DNA of 64,000 bases, taken from contig JBGPGO010000003.1 in the NCBI GenBank assembly GCA_041483895.1, positions 96,001-160,000 of the forward strand. Reading direction: 5' to 3'. This DNA comes from Fimbriimonadia bacterium (GTDB lineage: Bacteria; Armatimonadota; Fimbriimonadia; Fimbriimonadales; JABRVX01). A program made the position numbers and the translations under genes. The number at the start of each line of letters is the position of its first letter. The stretch's first letter is position 1. The notes beneath the pieces were generated by a model. That model did not search any database and was not told the origin of the DNA. It saw only the letters and a program-made list of their open reading frames with translations. Positions 17,999 to 26,106 of this stretch are shown in pieces.

Positions 17999-18372
17999 TC
18001 AGGAAATCGCCAACTCATGCTTCGGCTGGTATAGGCCGATCGAGCCGCCGCTTGGCAACGGGAATGATGTGCTAGCTCCCCAATCCGCCTCGTCAACCGG
18101 CGTGCAGGCGACGCCCTTCTTCGAAAGTTCAGCCATCGTCTCGATTAGGTCATCGCACAATAGGTAGAGCAGCGCGCCCAGCATGGACTGACCGCCGTGG
18201 ACCTGGGTGAAAGAACCGTCCGAGGGATGCACCCCGGCCTCCGCCGGCGGCATCTGGAAAATGAGCCACCCGCCACCGATGTCATTTGCCGGAAACTCCA
18301 GAACGTCGCGAAAAAGGCCCGGTCCGCATCGGGATTGGTGCTGTAGAACAAGAAATGAGCGCCAATGATCAT
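17999..18372 (-). pseudogene. VOC/glyoxalase-family gene with a single frameshift
   Basis: MIIGAHFLFYSTNPDADRAFF continues as RDVLEFPANDIGGGWLIFQMPPAE only after a frame change in the A5 run at ~18311-18315. Confidence 0.8.
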
Positions 18373-18380
18373 GCTATCAC

Positions 18381-19505
18381 CTAGTCCGCCCCGCTCTGGG
18401 CGAAGTTGAGAAAGATGATGTTGAGGTCGGGTAGATCGACAAGCCCGCTGCCGTCCTGATCCGTGTCCGGGTCGACCGTGGCAAAATTGATGAACACAGA
18501 ATTGAGATCGTTCACGGTGACAGTATTGTCTCCATCGACATCACCGTTCACCAGCGAAAAATCGATGGTGTTGACCGTTTGCTCGATGTCGGCGGATGAA
18601 ACTTTGCCACGCAGCCAATGAGAAAACTTGACGGCTACATCATAAATCCCCTGGTCCGCGGGTAGAACCATATAGTTGCCGGAAGAATCCAATGTGATCG
18701 GATAGCTGTGAACGACATTGGTCGTATTTGGAGTCCGAAATTCAAGTGTAGCGGACCGGCCGTTAGTATCAGCGCCATAGTTCTGGAGCTCGACCCGTCC
18801 TCGAAGAGCAAGTACAACGCTATTCGCCAAGATCGGATCGAACGTCGCGACCGGGCTGCCTGACCACGGCGATAAAACGACCCCGGCCTGAGTTCGATAC
18901 AGATCCCCGCTGCTGCCAGCGGTCGGAGCCCCGCTTGCAATCACCCAGCCACCGTGCACTGAATTATCTACCGGATAATTGAAGAATCTAAGGGACATCC
19001 AAAGCTTGGCGGAATCATTAACCCAAAACGTCAGACCGCTGAGGTCCAAGTCGATTGTAACTGTGTAAATCGCGTTGCTTTTTGGCATGTTAACAAGAGT
19101 AAATGCCTGCAGGATAATTCCAATGTTGTAAGGATCCATGGGGTCATTTGCCCAGTCGTAAAAGAGTACATCGATTGCCGTGGTGCCGGCTCCAATGCCG
19201 TAGTATGTGAGCGTAACCATACCTACATTTGGATTGGCAGCAAAGGCGACAGGATCGCATATGATGTCGTCCATTGTCTCCACTCCCGGCGCCTGCAGGA
19301 GATATTGGCCCGTGTTAATGGGGCCCGGAGTCGCGTAGAGTACGCCAAGGCTTTGAGCGGATACACCGGTCTCATGCCACGTGTGGGTCTTCAGGTCGTA
19401 GTCAATGTATTTGTGAGGTGTGCCGACGGGGATATCGCGCAAATTCGCCTGCGCCCAAATGGACCCGACAAGCAGAGAAGCGAGAGCTGAAAAAATGAGT
19501 CGCAT
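18381..19505 (-). CDS. Secreted protein with C-terminal dockerin/EF-hand-like domain
   Basis: Signal peptide; ends NGDVDGDNTVTVNDLN...DQDGSGLVDLPDLN; start is ATG 19505 (AGGTGA SD) or GTG 19517. Confidence 0.8.
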   Translation of the reverse strand: MRLIFSALASLLVGSIWAQANLRDIPVGTPHKYIDYDLKTHTWHETGVSAQSLGVLYATPGPINTGQYLLQAPGVETMDDIICDPVAFAANPNVGMVTLTYYGIGAGTTAIDVLFYDWANDPMDPYNIGIILQAFTLVNMPKSNAIYTVTIDLDLSGLTFWVNDSAKLWMSLRFFNYPVDNSVHGGWVIASGAPTAGSSGDLYRTQAGVVLSPWSGSPVATFDPILANSVVLALRGRVELQNYGADTNGRSATLEFRTPNTTNVVHSYPITLDSSGNYMVLPADQGIYDVAVKFSHWLRGKVSSADIEQTVNTIDFSLVNGDVDGDNTVTVNDLNSVFINFATVDPDTDQDGSGLVDLPDLNIIFLNFAQSGAD

Positions 19506-19568
19506 TGCCGCTTTCACCTGTCCAAGATTTCCAGTGGGGCACGGCCACCTGGGAGAAATATCAGTTAC

Positions 19569-19597
19569 AGTATAACAACGACAACCGGGTTTGTCAA
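19569..19597 (-). promoter_or_regulatory. Sigma70-type promoter
   Basis: TTGACA-N17-TATACT on the minus strand. Confidence 0.8.
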
Positions 19598-19689
19598 GTT
19601 CATTTTGTCAGTTCGCAAACAGACCCCTGATCGAAGTAGCTCAGAGCGCATTCCGCGGTCGTAACTCATACCCACCGTCGCCGAACAGT

Positions 19690-19752
19690 CAGAAGTCTCG
19701 CGAACCACGTTCGCGAGACTTCTGGGAGCCGCCGCAATAGGATTGCGGCGGT
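19690..19752. terminator. Two hairpins downstream of the PEP-CTERM gene
   Basis: cagaagtctcgcgaac-cac-gttcgcgagacttctg and gccgccgcaat-agg-attgcggcggt. Confidence 0.5.
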
Positions 19753-19762
19753 ATCGCACGAA

Positions 19763-20446
19763 TTAGCGCCGACGGCGGCGCATAAGCAGGGCCGACCCCG
19801 CGGCCGTCGCCAACAGACCTATGCTGCCCGGCTCCGGGACAACATTGAGACACGTGGCATCTACGTAACCGTTGTGGCCTGCGAGGGACGCGTTATTGTA
19901 GAGAACCTCCGTCCCAATATAGCGCACGCCGACGGGAATAACGGCGGAGACATCCAAATACTGCCATGTAAATGGGTTGGAGTCAAGGGTCAAGGAATTG
20001 GTGGCGGAACCGTCAGTTAGCGGCCAAGCGTCTGCCACCGCGAAGTGAAGTATTATGTACCCGATCCCTGCTCCGGGAGCGAAATCGCCCGTATCGAAGT
20101 AGCCGCAAGCCGTGGCCAACGCCTTACCGCTGTCGATCAGCGATGCGTACGCGCTCACGTCGGTAAATTGGAAGGTCTGAGTGTAACTTAAACCGTCATC
20201 CGCCATGCAGAGCATTTTTGTGCCGTCGTATGGGGAGACGAAGTCGGGCTGGATCCCTGAAACAATCACGCCATTTTCCGCCCCCCAGACTCCCTTTGTT
20301 AAAGGCGTAGTCGCTATATTTACGAGGGTGTCCAGCGGGTTGAGCTCGAAGCTCGGATCCACCAGCAGATTCGCCGGTGAGCCAAAAGCCGCGACAACAA
20401 CAAAGAGACCCATGCACAGCGGCAGTGCGCGTGTAATGGTAATCAT
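19763..20446 (-). CDS. PEP-CTERM protein (carbohydrate-binding-like NLL.DPSFE domain)
   Basis: Signal peptide, ANLLVDPSFE, C-terminal VPEPGS-TM-RRRRR; ATG at 20446 with AAGGAAG upstream. Confidence 0.85.
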   Translation of the reverse strand: MITITRALPLCMGLFVVVAAFGSPANLLVDPSFELNPLDTLVNIATTPLTKGVWGAENGVIVSGIQPDFVSPYDGTKMLCMADDGLSYTQTFQFTDVSAYASLIDSGKALATACGYFDTGDFAPGAGIGYIILHFAVADAWPLTDGSATNSLTLDSNPFTWQYLDVSAVIPVGVRYIGTEVLYNNASLAGHNGYVDATCLNVVPEPGSIGLLATAAGSALLMRRRRR

Positions 20447-20529
20447 TATGTGGCTTCCTTTTGGTGTCGGCAAAAACCGTTTCCTGCCTTCACCTGTACA
20501 ATATTTCCAGTGAGGCGCGGCCACCCATG

Positions 20530-20592
20530 AGAAATAGCAGTTCAGCTAGTAGAAATATCAGTTCAGCAAGGAGAAATATCAGCTACAGTATG
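20530..20592. repeat. Three tandem 21-bp repeats (AGAAATATCAGTTCAGC core)
   Basis: Units start at 20530, 20551 and 20572; a single copy sits at 19554. Confidence 0.8.
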
Positions 20593-20615
20593 ACACGGCA
20601 ACGGAGGATTGTCAA
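20587..20615 (-). promoter_or_regulatory. Sigma70-type promoter
   Basis: TTGACA-N17-CATACT on the minus strand, paralogous to 19569-19597. Confidence 0.75.
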
Positions 20616-20648
20616 TCTTATTTCGTTAAATGGATAGCGAGTTCTTCA

Positions 20649-21734
20649 TCAAAGAAGCTCGTAGCGCGTATTCCGGCGCTTCGGTATGTACCCCGCGTCG
20701 GAGATCAGGTGTTCGATCTCCTCCACCGAGAGAATAAACTTGTTCCCCGCGGCGGAGACTACGTTTTCCTCGATCATCACCGACCCAAAATCATTAATCC
20801 CATAGCCGAGAGAGAGCTGGGCGATCTTGGGACCCTGCGTCAGGATCGAGCACTGCAAATTATCAAAATTATCCAGCATCAAGCGCGATACGGCGACCGT
20901 TCGCAGATAGTCATAACCGGACGCCTTCTTCTCAATTGGCAGCGCGGTCTCTTCCGGCTGGAAGCTCCAGGTGATAAACGCCCGGAACGGCCCGCACTCA
21001 TCCTGCAAATCGCGAATGCGTAGCAGGTGCTCCACTCGTTCCTCCATCGTTTCCACGTGTCCGAACATCATGCTGGCGGTGCTGCGAATTCCCAAGCGCG
21101 CCGCCGTGCGCATGCAGTGCAGCCACTCGTCGGTGTTGTCCTTGTACGGCGCGATGATGTTTCGCACGCGGTCCACCAATATCTCGCCCCCCGCGCCGGG
21201 AATGGAGTGCAGCCCCGCCGCCTTCAATCGCTTCAGACAGTCTTCCAACGTCAGCCGCGAGATGTGCGCGATATAGATGATCTCCGCCGGCGACAGCGCG
21301 TGCAAAATGACGGACGGATACTGCGACATGATCTTGCCGAAAATCTGTTCGTAATAGTCGATCTTGAGCTGCGGATTCAGGCCGCCCTGGAACAGGATCT
21401 CCACGCCGCCCAGCTCGACCGTCTCCCGCACTTTGTCCAAGATCACCTCGTCGGACAGCAGGTATCCCTCCTCATGCTTGGGCACGCGGTAGAACGCGCA
21501 AAACTTGCACCGCACCCAGCACACGTTGGTGTAGTTGAGGATGCGCCCAATGATGTAGGTCACCGTGTCGCCGGGGACCCTCTTCTGCCGTTGCCGGTCC
21601 GCCAATGCCGCGAGTTCCGGCAGGTTGTGATGGTGGAACAGCGCCGCGCCGTCCTCAAAGGTCAGGCGTTCGCCGGAGAGGACCTTGTCGGCAATCTCAT
21701 CAAAAAGTGTGGTTTCCCGGAGCGTTGTTGTCAT
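20649..21734 (-). CDS. mqnC: Cyclic dehypoxanthinyl futalosine synthase (radical SAM, CofH/MqnC family)
   Basis: NYTNVCWVRCKFCAFYR, LFQGGLNP, SIPGAGGEIL, MMFGHVET, NDFGSVMIEENVV. Confidence 0.88.
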   Translation of the reverse strand: MTTTLRETTLFDEIADKVLSGERLTFEDGAALFHHHNLPELAALADRQRQKRVPGDTVTYIIGRILNYTNVCWVRCKFCAFYRVPKHEEGYLLSDEVILDKVRETVELGGVEILFQGGLNPQLKIDYYEQIFGKIMSQYPSVILHALSPAEIIYIAHISRLTLEDCLKRLKAAGLHSIPGAGGEILVDRVRNIIAPYKDNTDEWLHCMRTAARLGIRSTASMMFGHVETMEERVEHLLRIRDLQDECGPFRAFITWSFQPEETALPIEKKASGYDYLRTVAVSRLMLDNFDNLQCSILTQGPKIAQLSLGYGINDFGSVMIEENVVSAAGNKFILSVEEIEHLISDAGYIPKRRNTRYELL

Positions 21735-21856
21735 CAGTTTTTCCTTGGTCGGCGATTCCGCGGGCCTGTGGCTTCCGGCAATTGTAACGGATCGGCAATC
21801 GGACCCGCGGATACAGAAACGCTGGTATAAGGATACCCTGTGGGTAGAATGGAAGC

Positions 21857-23392
21857 GTGCTTTCCCAAATCGAATCCAGTTCCCTGATCGGGATCGATGG
21901 ATACGGGGTTACCGTGGAAGTGGACGTGCATCCCGGCCTGTCAAAGGTGATTATCGTCGGCCTGCCGGACGCGTCCGTCAACGAGTCCGAATTTCGTGTG
22001 ATGACCGCCATCAGAAACTCCGGTCTGCGCTTTCCGTACGACCGAATCACCATCAACCTCGCGCCCGCCGATCTGCGAAAGGAGGGGCCGGTATTCGATC
22101 TGCCCATCGCCGTCGGAATCTTGGCCAGCACGGATCAGTTCCCGCGCCAGGCGGTGGAGGGCACGCTGTTCCTGGGCGAGCTGGGGTTGGACGGGGAATT
22201 GCGTCCGATCTCCGGCGCGCTGTCGGCGGCGATATGGGCGCATCAACAGGATCACATCAAGCGCATCATCCTCCCGAAAGCAAATGCCCGTGAAGCGGCC
22301 ATCTTCGACGATCTGGAGGTCTACGGCGCGGAGAGCCTCGTCGAAGTCGGATCCATTTTATTCGATCCCTCCCAGACCCAACCGTGGCCCGTCGAGCTAG
22401 AGGGGATGGGCAAAAACCACCGCGAATACGAAGTGGACATGAAGGACCTGAAGGGTCAGGAGACCGCGCGCAGGGCGATCGAGGTCGCGGCGGCCGGGGG
22501 GCACAACATCATCATGATCGGCCCGCCGGGATCGGGGAAGACCATGCTGGCGCGGCGTCTGCCGACGATCCAGCCGCCCATGTCATTGGACGAGGCCATA
22601 GAAACCACACGAATTCATAGCGCCGCTGGGCAGATCCCCGCAAACCACGGGCTGCTATGGGCGAGGCCGTTTCGCGCGCCGCACCACACATCGTCGTATG
22701 CTGCCATCGTCGGCGGAGGTAAGGTGCCGCGACCCGGTGAGATCAGTCTCAGCCACAACGGTGTGCTGTTCATGGACGAGATTCCGGAATTCGATCGCGA
22801 CGTTTTGGAGTCGCTTCGCCAGCCGCTGGAAGATGGCATCGTCACCGTTTCGCGCGTGCAGATTACGGTCGAGTTCCCGGCGCGATTCCAAATGGTGGCG
22901 GCGGCCAACCCATGTCCGTGCGGCTACTTTGGCGACAGCATAAAACAGTGCGCATGTTCGCCCTCACAGGTCCGTCGGTATCTGCAGCGCATTTCAGGCC
23001 CCCTCATGGACCGCATCGATATCCATGTGGACGTGCCGCGATTGAAACCGGACGAACTGCTCAGCCTGGAGCCGGGGGAGAGCTCGGAGGACATTCGCTT
23101 GCGCGTTGAATCGGCGCGGGAGCGGCAGACGGAACGGCTGAAGGATTCCGCGGCCCGTCTCAATTCGCAGCTATCCCCGCGTCAGTTGCGGGAGCTGTGT
23201 CCTCTATCGACGGAGGTGCAAGATTTCTTGCGGCTCAGCGTGCAGCAGTTGGGTCTTTCCGCGCGGGCGTTCGACCGGCTGATCAAACTGGCGCGCACCA
23301 TCGCCGATCTCGCCGATCTTCCTGACATTCAGGTCCAACATATCGCCGAGGCGGTGCAGTACCGGACGATGGACCGCAAGGCGTGGATGTAA
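21857..23392 (+). CDS. comM: ComM/YifB Mg-chelatase-like AAA+ ATPase
   Basis: ITINLAPADLRKEG, GPPGSGKTM, RPFRAPHH, NPCPCG, ISGPLMDRID. Confidence 0.93.
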   Translation: MLSQIESSSLIGIDGYGVTVEVDVHPGLSKVIIVGLPDASVNESEFRVMTAIRNSGLRFPYDRITINLAPADLRKEGPVFDLPIAVGILASTDQFPRQAVEGTLFLGELGLDGELRPISGALSAAIWAHQQDHIKRIILPKANAREAAIFDDLEVYGAESLVEVGSILFDPSQTQPWPVELEGMGKNHREYEVDMKDLKGQETARRAIEVAAAGGHNIIMIGPPGSGKTMLARRLPTIQPPMSLDEAIETTRIHSAAGQIPANHGLLWARPFRAPHHTSSYAAIVGGGKVPRPGEISLSHNGVLFMDEIPEFDRDVLESLRQPLEDGIVTVSRVQITVEFPARFQMVAAANPCPCGYFGDSIKQCACSPSQVRRYLQRISGPLMDRIDIHVDVPRLKPDELLSLEPGESSEDIRLRVESARERQTERLKDSAARLNSQLSPRQLRELCPLSTEVQDFLRLSVQQLGLSARAFDRLIKLARTIADLADLPDIQVQHIAEAVQYRTMDRKAWM

Positions 23393-23403
23393 GGACAAGG
23401 CCT

Positions 23404-23428
23404 GGAGGGCTCCGCTCCGTCGGAGCCG
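23404..23428 (+). repeat. GGAG-headed REP-like palindrome
   Basis: ggag-ggctccg-ctccgt-cggagcc between convergent genes. Confidence 0.45.
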
Positions 23429-23469
23429 ATTGCGAAAGTCGTGGAAGGATGTCAAGAGACACCATCGCC

Positions 23470-25146
23470 TTATTTGTTCATGGCGAATTTTCCCGGCAAG
23501 CTCAATCGTAGCCGTTCTGCTCCCTCTGCTGTTACGCCCTTGCACTGTAAGAAGCTCAACCATTCAATCGTTTTTAGGTTCGAGAGTGCAAGAATCAGTT
23601 GGTCATCGAGACCCCTGACGTTATCGAAGTCGAGGCTGGCAAGCTTCGATAGCTTCGAGATGCTCCGAATTGTGGAAGAATCGACTGCCATGTCCCCCAT
23701 CGAGAGTCTCTTAAGATTCAGCAGATGGTCAAGGGCTTTGAGACCCTTCGGCGTTGCGCGCTTAAGCCCGCCGATCGAGAGTTCGCGCAGATTTGGCAAG
23801 GCCTTAAGTCGCGAAATGCCTGAGTCGCTAAAGTTGCCGGAGTATGCGATGTCAAGTTTGCGCAGTTGCCGCATCTTCGAGAAGCTATTAAACGATCTGT
23901 CAGTCAGATGCTTGCACCAACGCAGATCAAGGTCCGTGAGTTTTGGCAAGCGCACGAGTTTTGCAAGGCCTTTGTCCGAAAGGCTACTGCTGTTAAGGTT
24001 CATTTCCTCAAGGCTTCTCAGCTTCACGAGCCGCGACACGAAGTCATCGTTTGACCCATACTCCGGTGCCGAGATGGATCGAAGATGCTTAAATCGTGCA
24101 ACAATTCGAAGTTCTTCGATGGGGAACGGTTTGTTGGGATCAGGCCTAAGCTGGCTCAAATCCAATCTCTTCATGTGAGTAAATCTGGCGAGCGGTTTCA
24201 GATCGCCTGGTCGCCAGGAGTACCCTTCCAGTTCCAGGGATTTTGTGTTTGACGGTAGGCTCTTAAGGTCGGCAACGCTATAGGCCTTCGCTGACTTTGG
24301 AGGCTCGGGCCAGTCCCTCTCTGGAAGGCGGTAGATGACCTGTTGAAACCCAGCGCCAAATAGTGAGGGTTCTTTTGGTTCTTCGGGCGTCTGGCGTAGG
24401 GATGGCTCCTCAATCGTGTCGCTGGGCACAAAGGGGCCGGGCTTCACCTTGCCGCCCGGCCAAGAAACCAACGGATCCAAACCGCTCTTCGCAAAGTAGT
24501 TGAAGCTCATGCCCCACGCCTTGTATCCTTCGGCCCGCTCAAGATCAATCAACACGTCGAATCCAGATTCCAACCATTGCTCCTCCCGAATCCACCGATA
24601 TCCGCCCTCCCTACGGTATTCAATCCAGAATCGACTGATGTTCGGGTACTTCGCCGCCGCCTTTACCAAATCAGGATTGGAAAGGACCCGGTCGAGTACG
24701 GTTCCCTTCGGAAAAGCTCCGAGCCTAACAACATCCGTAAACGTTGTGTTTTCAAGCAAAAAGTACGGGAACAGAACACTGGCCTTCAACCAAGTCGGCT
24801 TCGTTCTTGAAACCACAGGGACGATTTGTATGCGAACCTCAAACTTGAACCGCAGGCCGCCTGGAGATACGTAATCGGCTTCCGGAAGTGATATGTCAAG
24901 CTCCGTCTGCCACGGCATTTCCACGTGAAATCCTTGCTTTTTAAGGCTTGCTGGCAACTCCGGACTCCATGGACGATTATCGAGGGCCACCTTTGCAAGC
25001 GTGCAAGCGTCGCGTATGTAGCGCTGGTATGAGCCAACCCAACGTTGCTTGGCAGCTATGATATCGCTCGCAAGGCTAGCCGCTTTGTCGCCTGGTGGCA
25101 GACCGGCGGTATGAGCAAGTACCGCCAAAACCATTGTAAGGTTCAT
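23470..25146 (-). CDS. Secreted leucine-rich-repeat protein with unknown N-terminal domain
   Basis: C-terminal LxxLxxLdL...ltD.gl LRR units (~25 aa); N-terminal hydrophobic signal; lower GC. Confidence 0.8.
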   Translation of the reverse strand: MNLTMVLAVLAHTAGLPPGDKAASLASDIIAAKQRWVGSYQRYIRDACTLAKVALDNRPWSPELPASLKKQGFHVEMPWQTELDISLPEADYVSPGGLRFKFEVRIQIVPVVSRTKPTWLKASVLFPYFLLENTTFTDVVRLGAFPKGTVLDRVLSNPDLVKAAAKYPNISRFWIEYRREGGYRWIREEQWLESGFDVLIDLERAEGYKAWGMSFNYFAKSGLDPLVSWPGGKVKPGPFVPSDTIEEPSLRQTPEEPKEPSLFGAGFQQVIYRLPERDWPEPPKSAKAYSVADLKSLPSNTKSLELEGYSWRPGDLKPLARFTHMKRLDLSQLRPDPNKPFPIEELRIVARFKHLRSISAPEYGSNDDFVSRLVKLRSLEEMNLNSSSLSDKGLAKLVRLPKLTDLDLRWCKHLTDRSFNSFSKMRQLRKLDIAYSGNFSDSGISRLKALPNLRELSIGGLKRATPKGLKALDHLLNLKRLSMGDMAVDSSTIRSISKLSKLASLDFDNVRGLDDQLILALSNLKTIEWLSFLQCKGVTAEGAERLRLSLPGKFAMNK

Positions 25147-25258
25147 GATCCACTATACCCATTGCATCCCTCAACCAGGTCCTCCTGTTGAGTGCCTTCG
25201 CGCGGCTCCATGCAATCGGTTTGGGCTAAGTCGAAATATGGTGGCGTATGGACGGCCG

Positions 25259-25987
25259 TTAGGAAAGCGCCGACAGGACTTCCGAGGGCTGGGTGTTTGC
25301 CTGAGCAAGAACGGCAACTCCGGATTGGGAAAGCACCTGTTTCGCCGTCTGGCTCGCGACAACTTTTGCCTGCGTGGCGTCCTTCACCGGCGTGCCGTTC
25401 GCGTCGGGAAACGCCCGGCGAATGAACCGATCCAGGAACGGATTCTTGGACTTCTGCGTTTGTCCCATCAACTTCACAGAATCGTCCACAGGCAGCTTCG
25501 CGGCTTCCTCGGCCTTCTTCGCCTTTTCCGGATCGGCAATGCTGGACAACGAGACCTTCTTGCTCGGAGGCTCATCGAGCGTACCGAAATCGACCCTCAC
25601 GCCGTCATTCTTCTTGGCCTCTTGCTCTAACTCCGACACAGTCTTTAGGTTGTGCGTGGATTGTGACTGCTGGGCGGCCCGCATTTCTACCGTCAGGTCA
25701 TGCCGCCTGGCTTGGCGCGCAAGGTCCTGGCGCTGCTTGAGTGCGTCGGCAAAGTTAGCCAAATTTTGGTTCGCCAGCTTCACTTGCGTCTGTCCTTCTT
25801 GCTTCACTCGGTTCGTCTCATTCGCTTCCAGTGCTTTTACGAGGACGTCGGCGGCTGCTCGAAGAGCGCTCACCGGGGCGGTGCCGTCTACATTCGAGCG
25901 CAGACTTCGCAATGTCGGCTGGGTCGCCGATTCCAATTGCGCGAGGCCAGTTTGCCCACTCACTCCCTGATCGATTCGTAGTTCCAT
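25259..25987 (-). CDS. Divergent flagellin-like protein
   Basis: C-terminus QVLSQSGVAVLAQANTQPSEVLSALS matches the flagellin D0 helix; N-terminus only weakly similar. Confidence 0.65.
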   Translation of the reverse strand: MELRIDQGVSGQTGLAQLESATQPTLRSLRSNVDGTAPVSALRAAADVLVKALEANETNRVKQEGQTQVKLANQNLANFADALKQRQDLARQARRHDLTVEMRAAQQSQSTHNLKTVSELEQEAKKNDGVRVDFGTLDEPPSKKVSLSSIADPEKAKKAEEAAKLPVDDSVKLMGQTQKSKNPFLDRFIRRAFPDANGTPVKDATQAKVVASQTAKQVLSQSGVAVLAQANTQPSEVLSALS

Positions 25988-26106
25988 GATAGTGACCGTC
26001 CTTGACCGGTTCCCTTTCTCTTAGTTGTGCCTTTCCGTGACACATGCGGGTGGCATACAGCGTTGTCACCGGGATTGGACGGGAACAGGTAGCATTCCAT
26101 ATAACT

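Noticed and set aside
20530..20592. Mini-CRISPR or plasmid iterons
   Set aside because: No unique spacers and no rep gene; the repeats overlap a promoter
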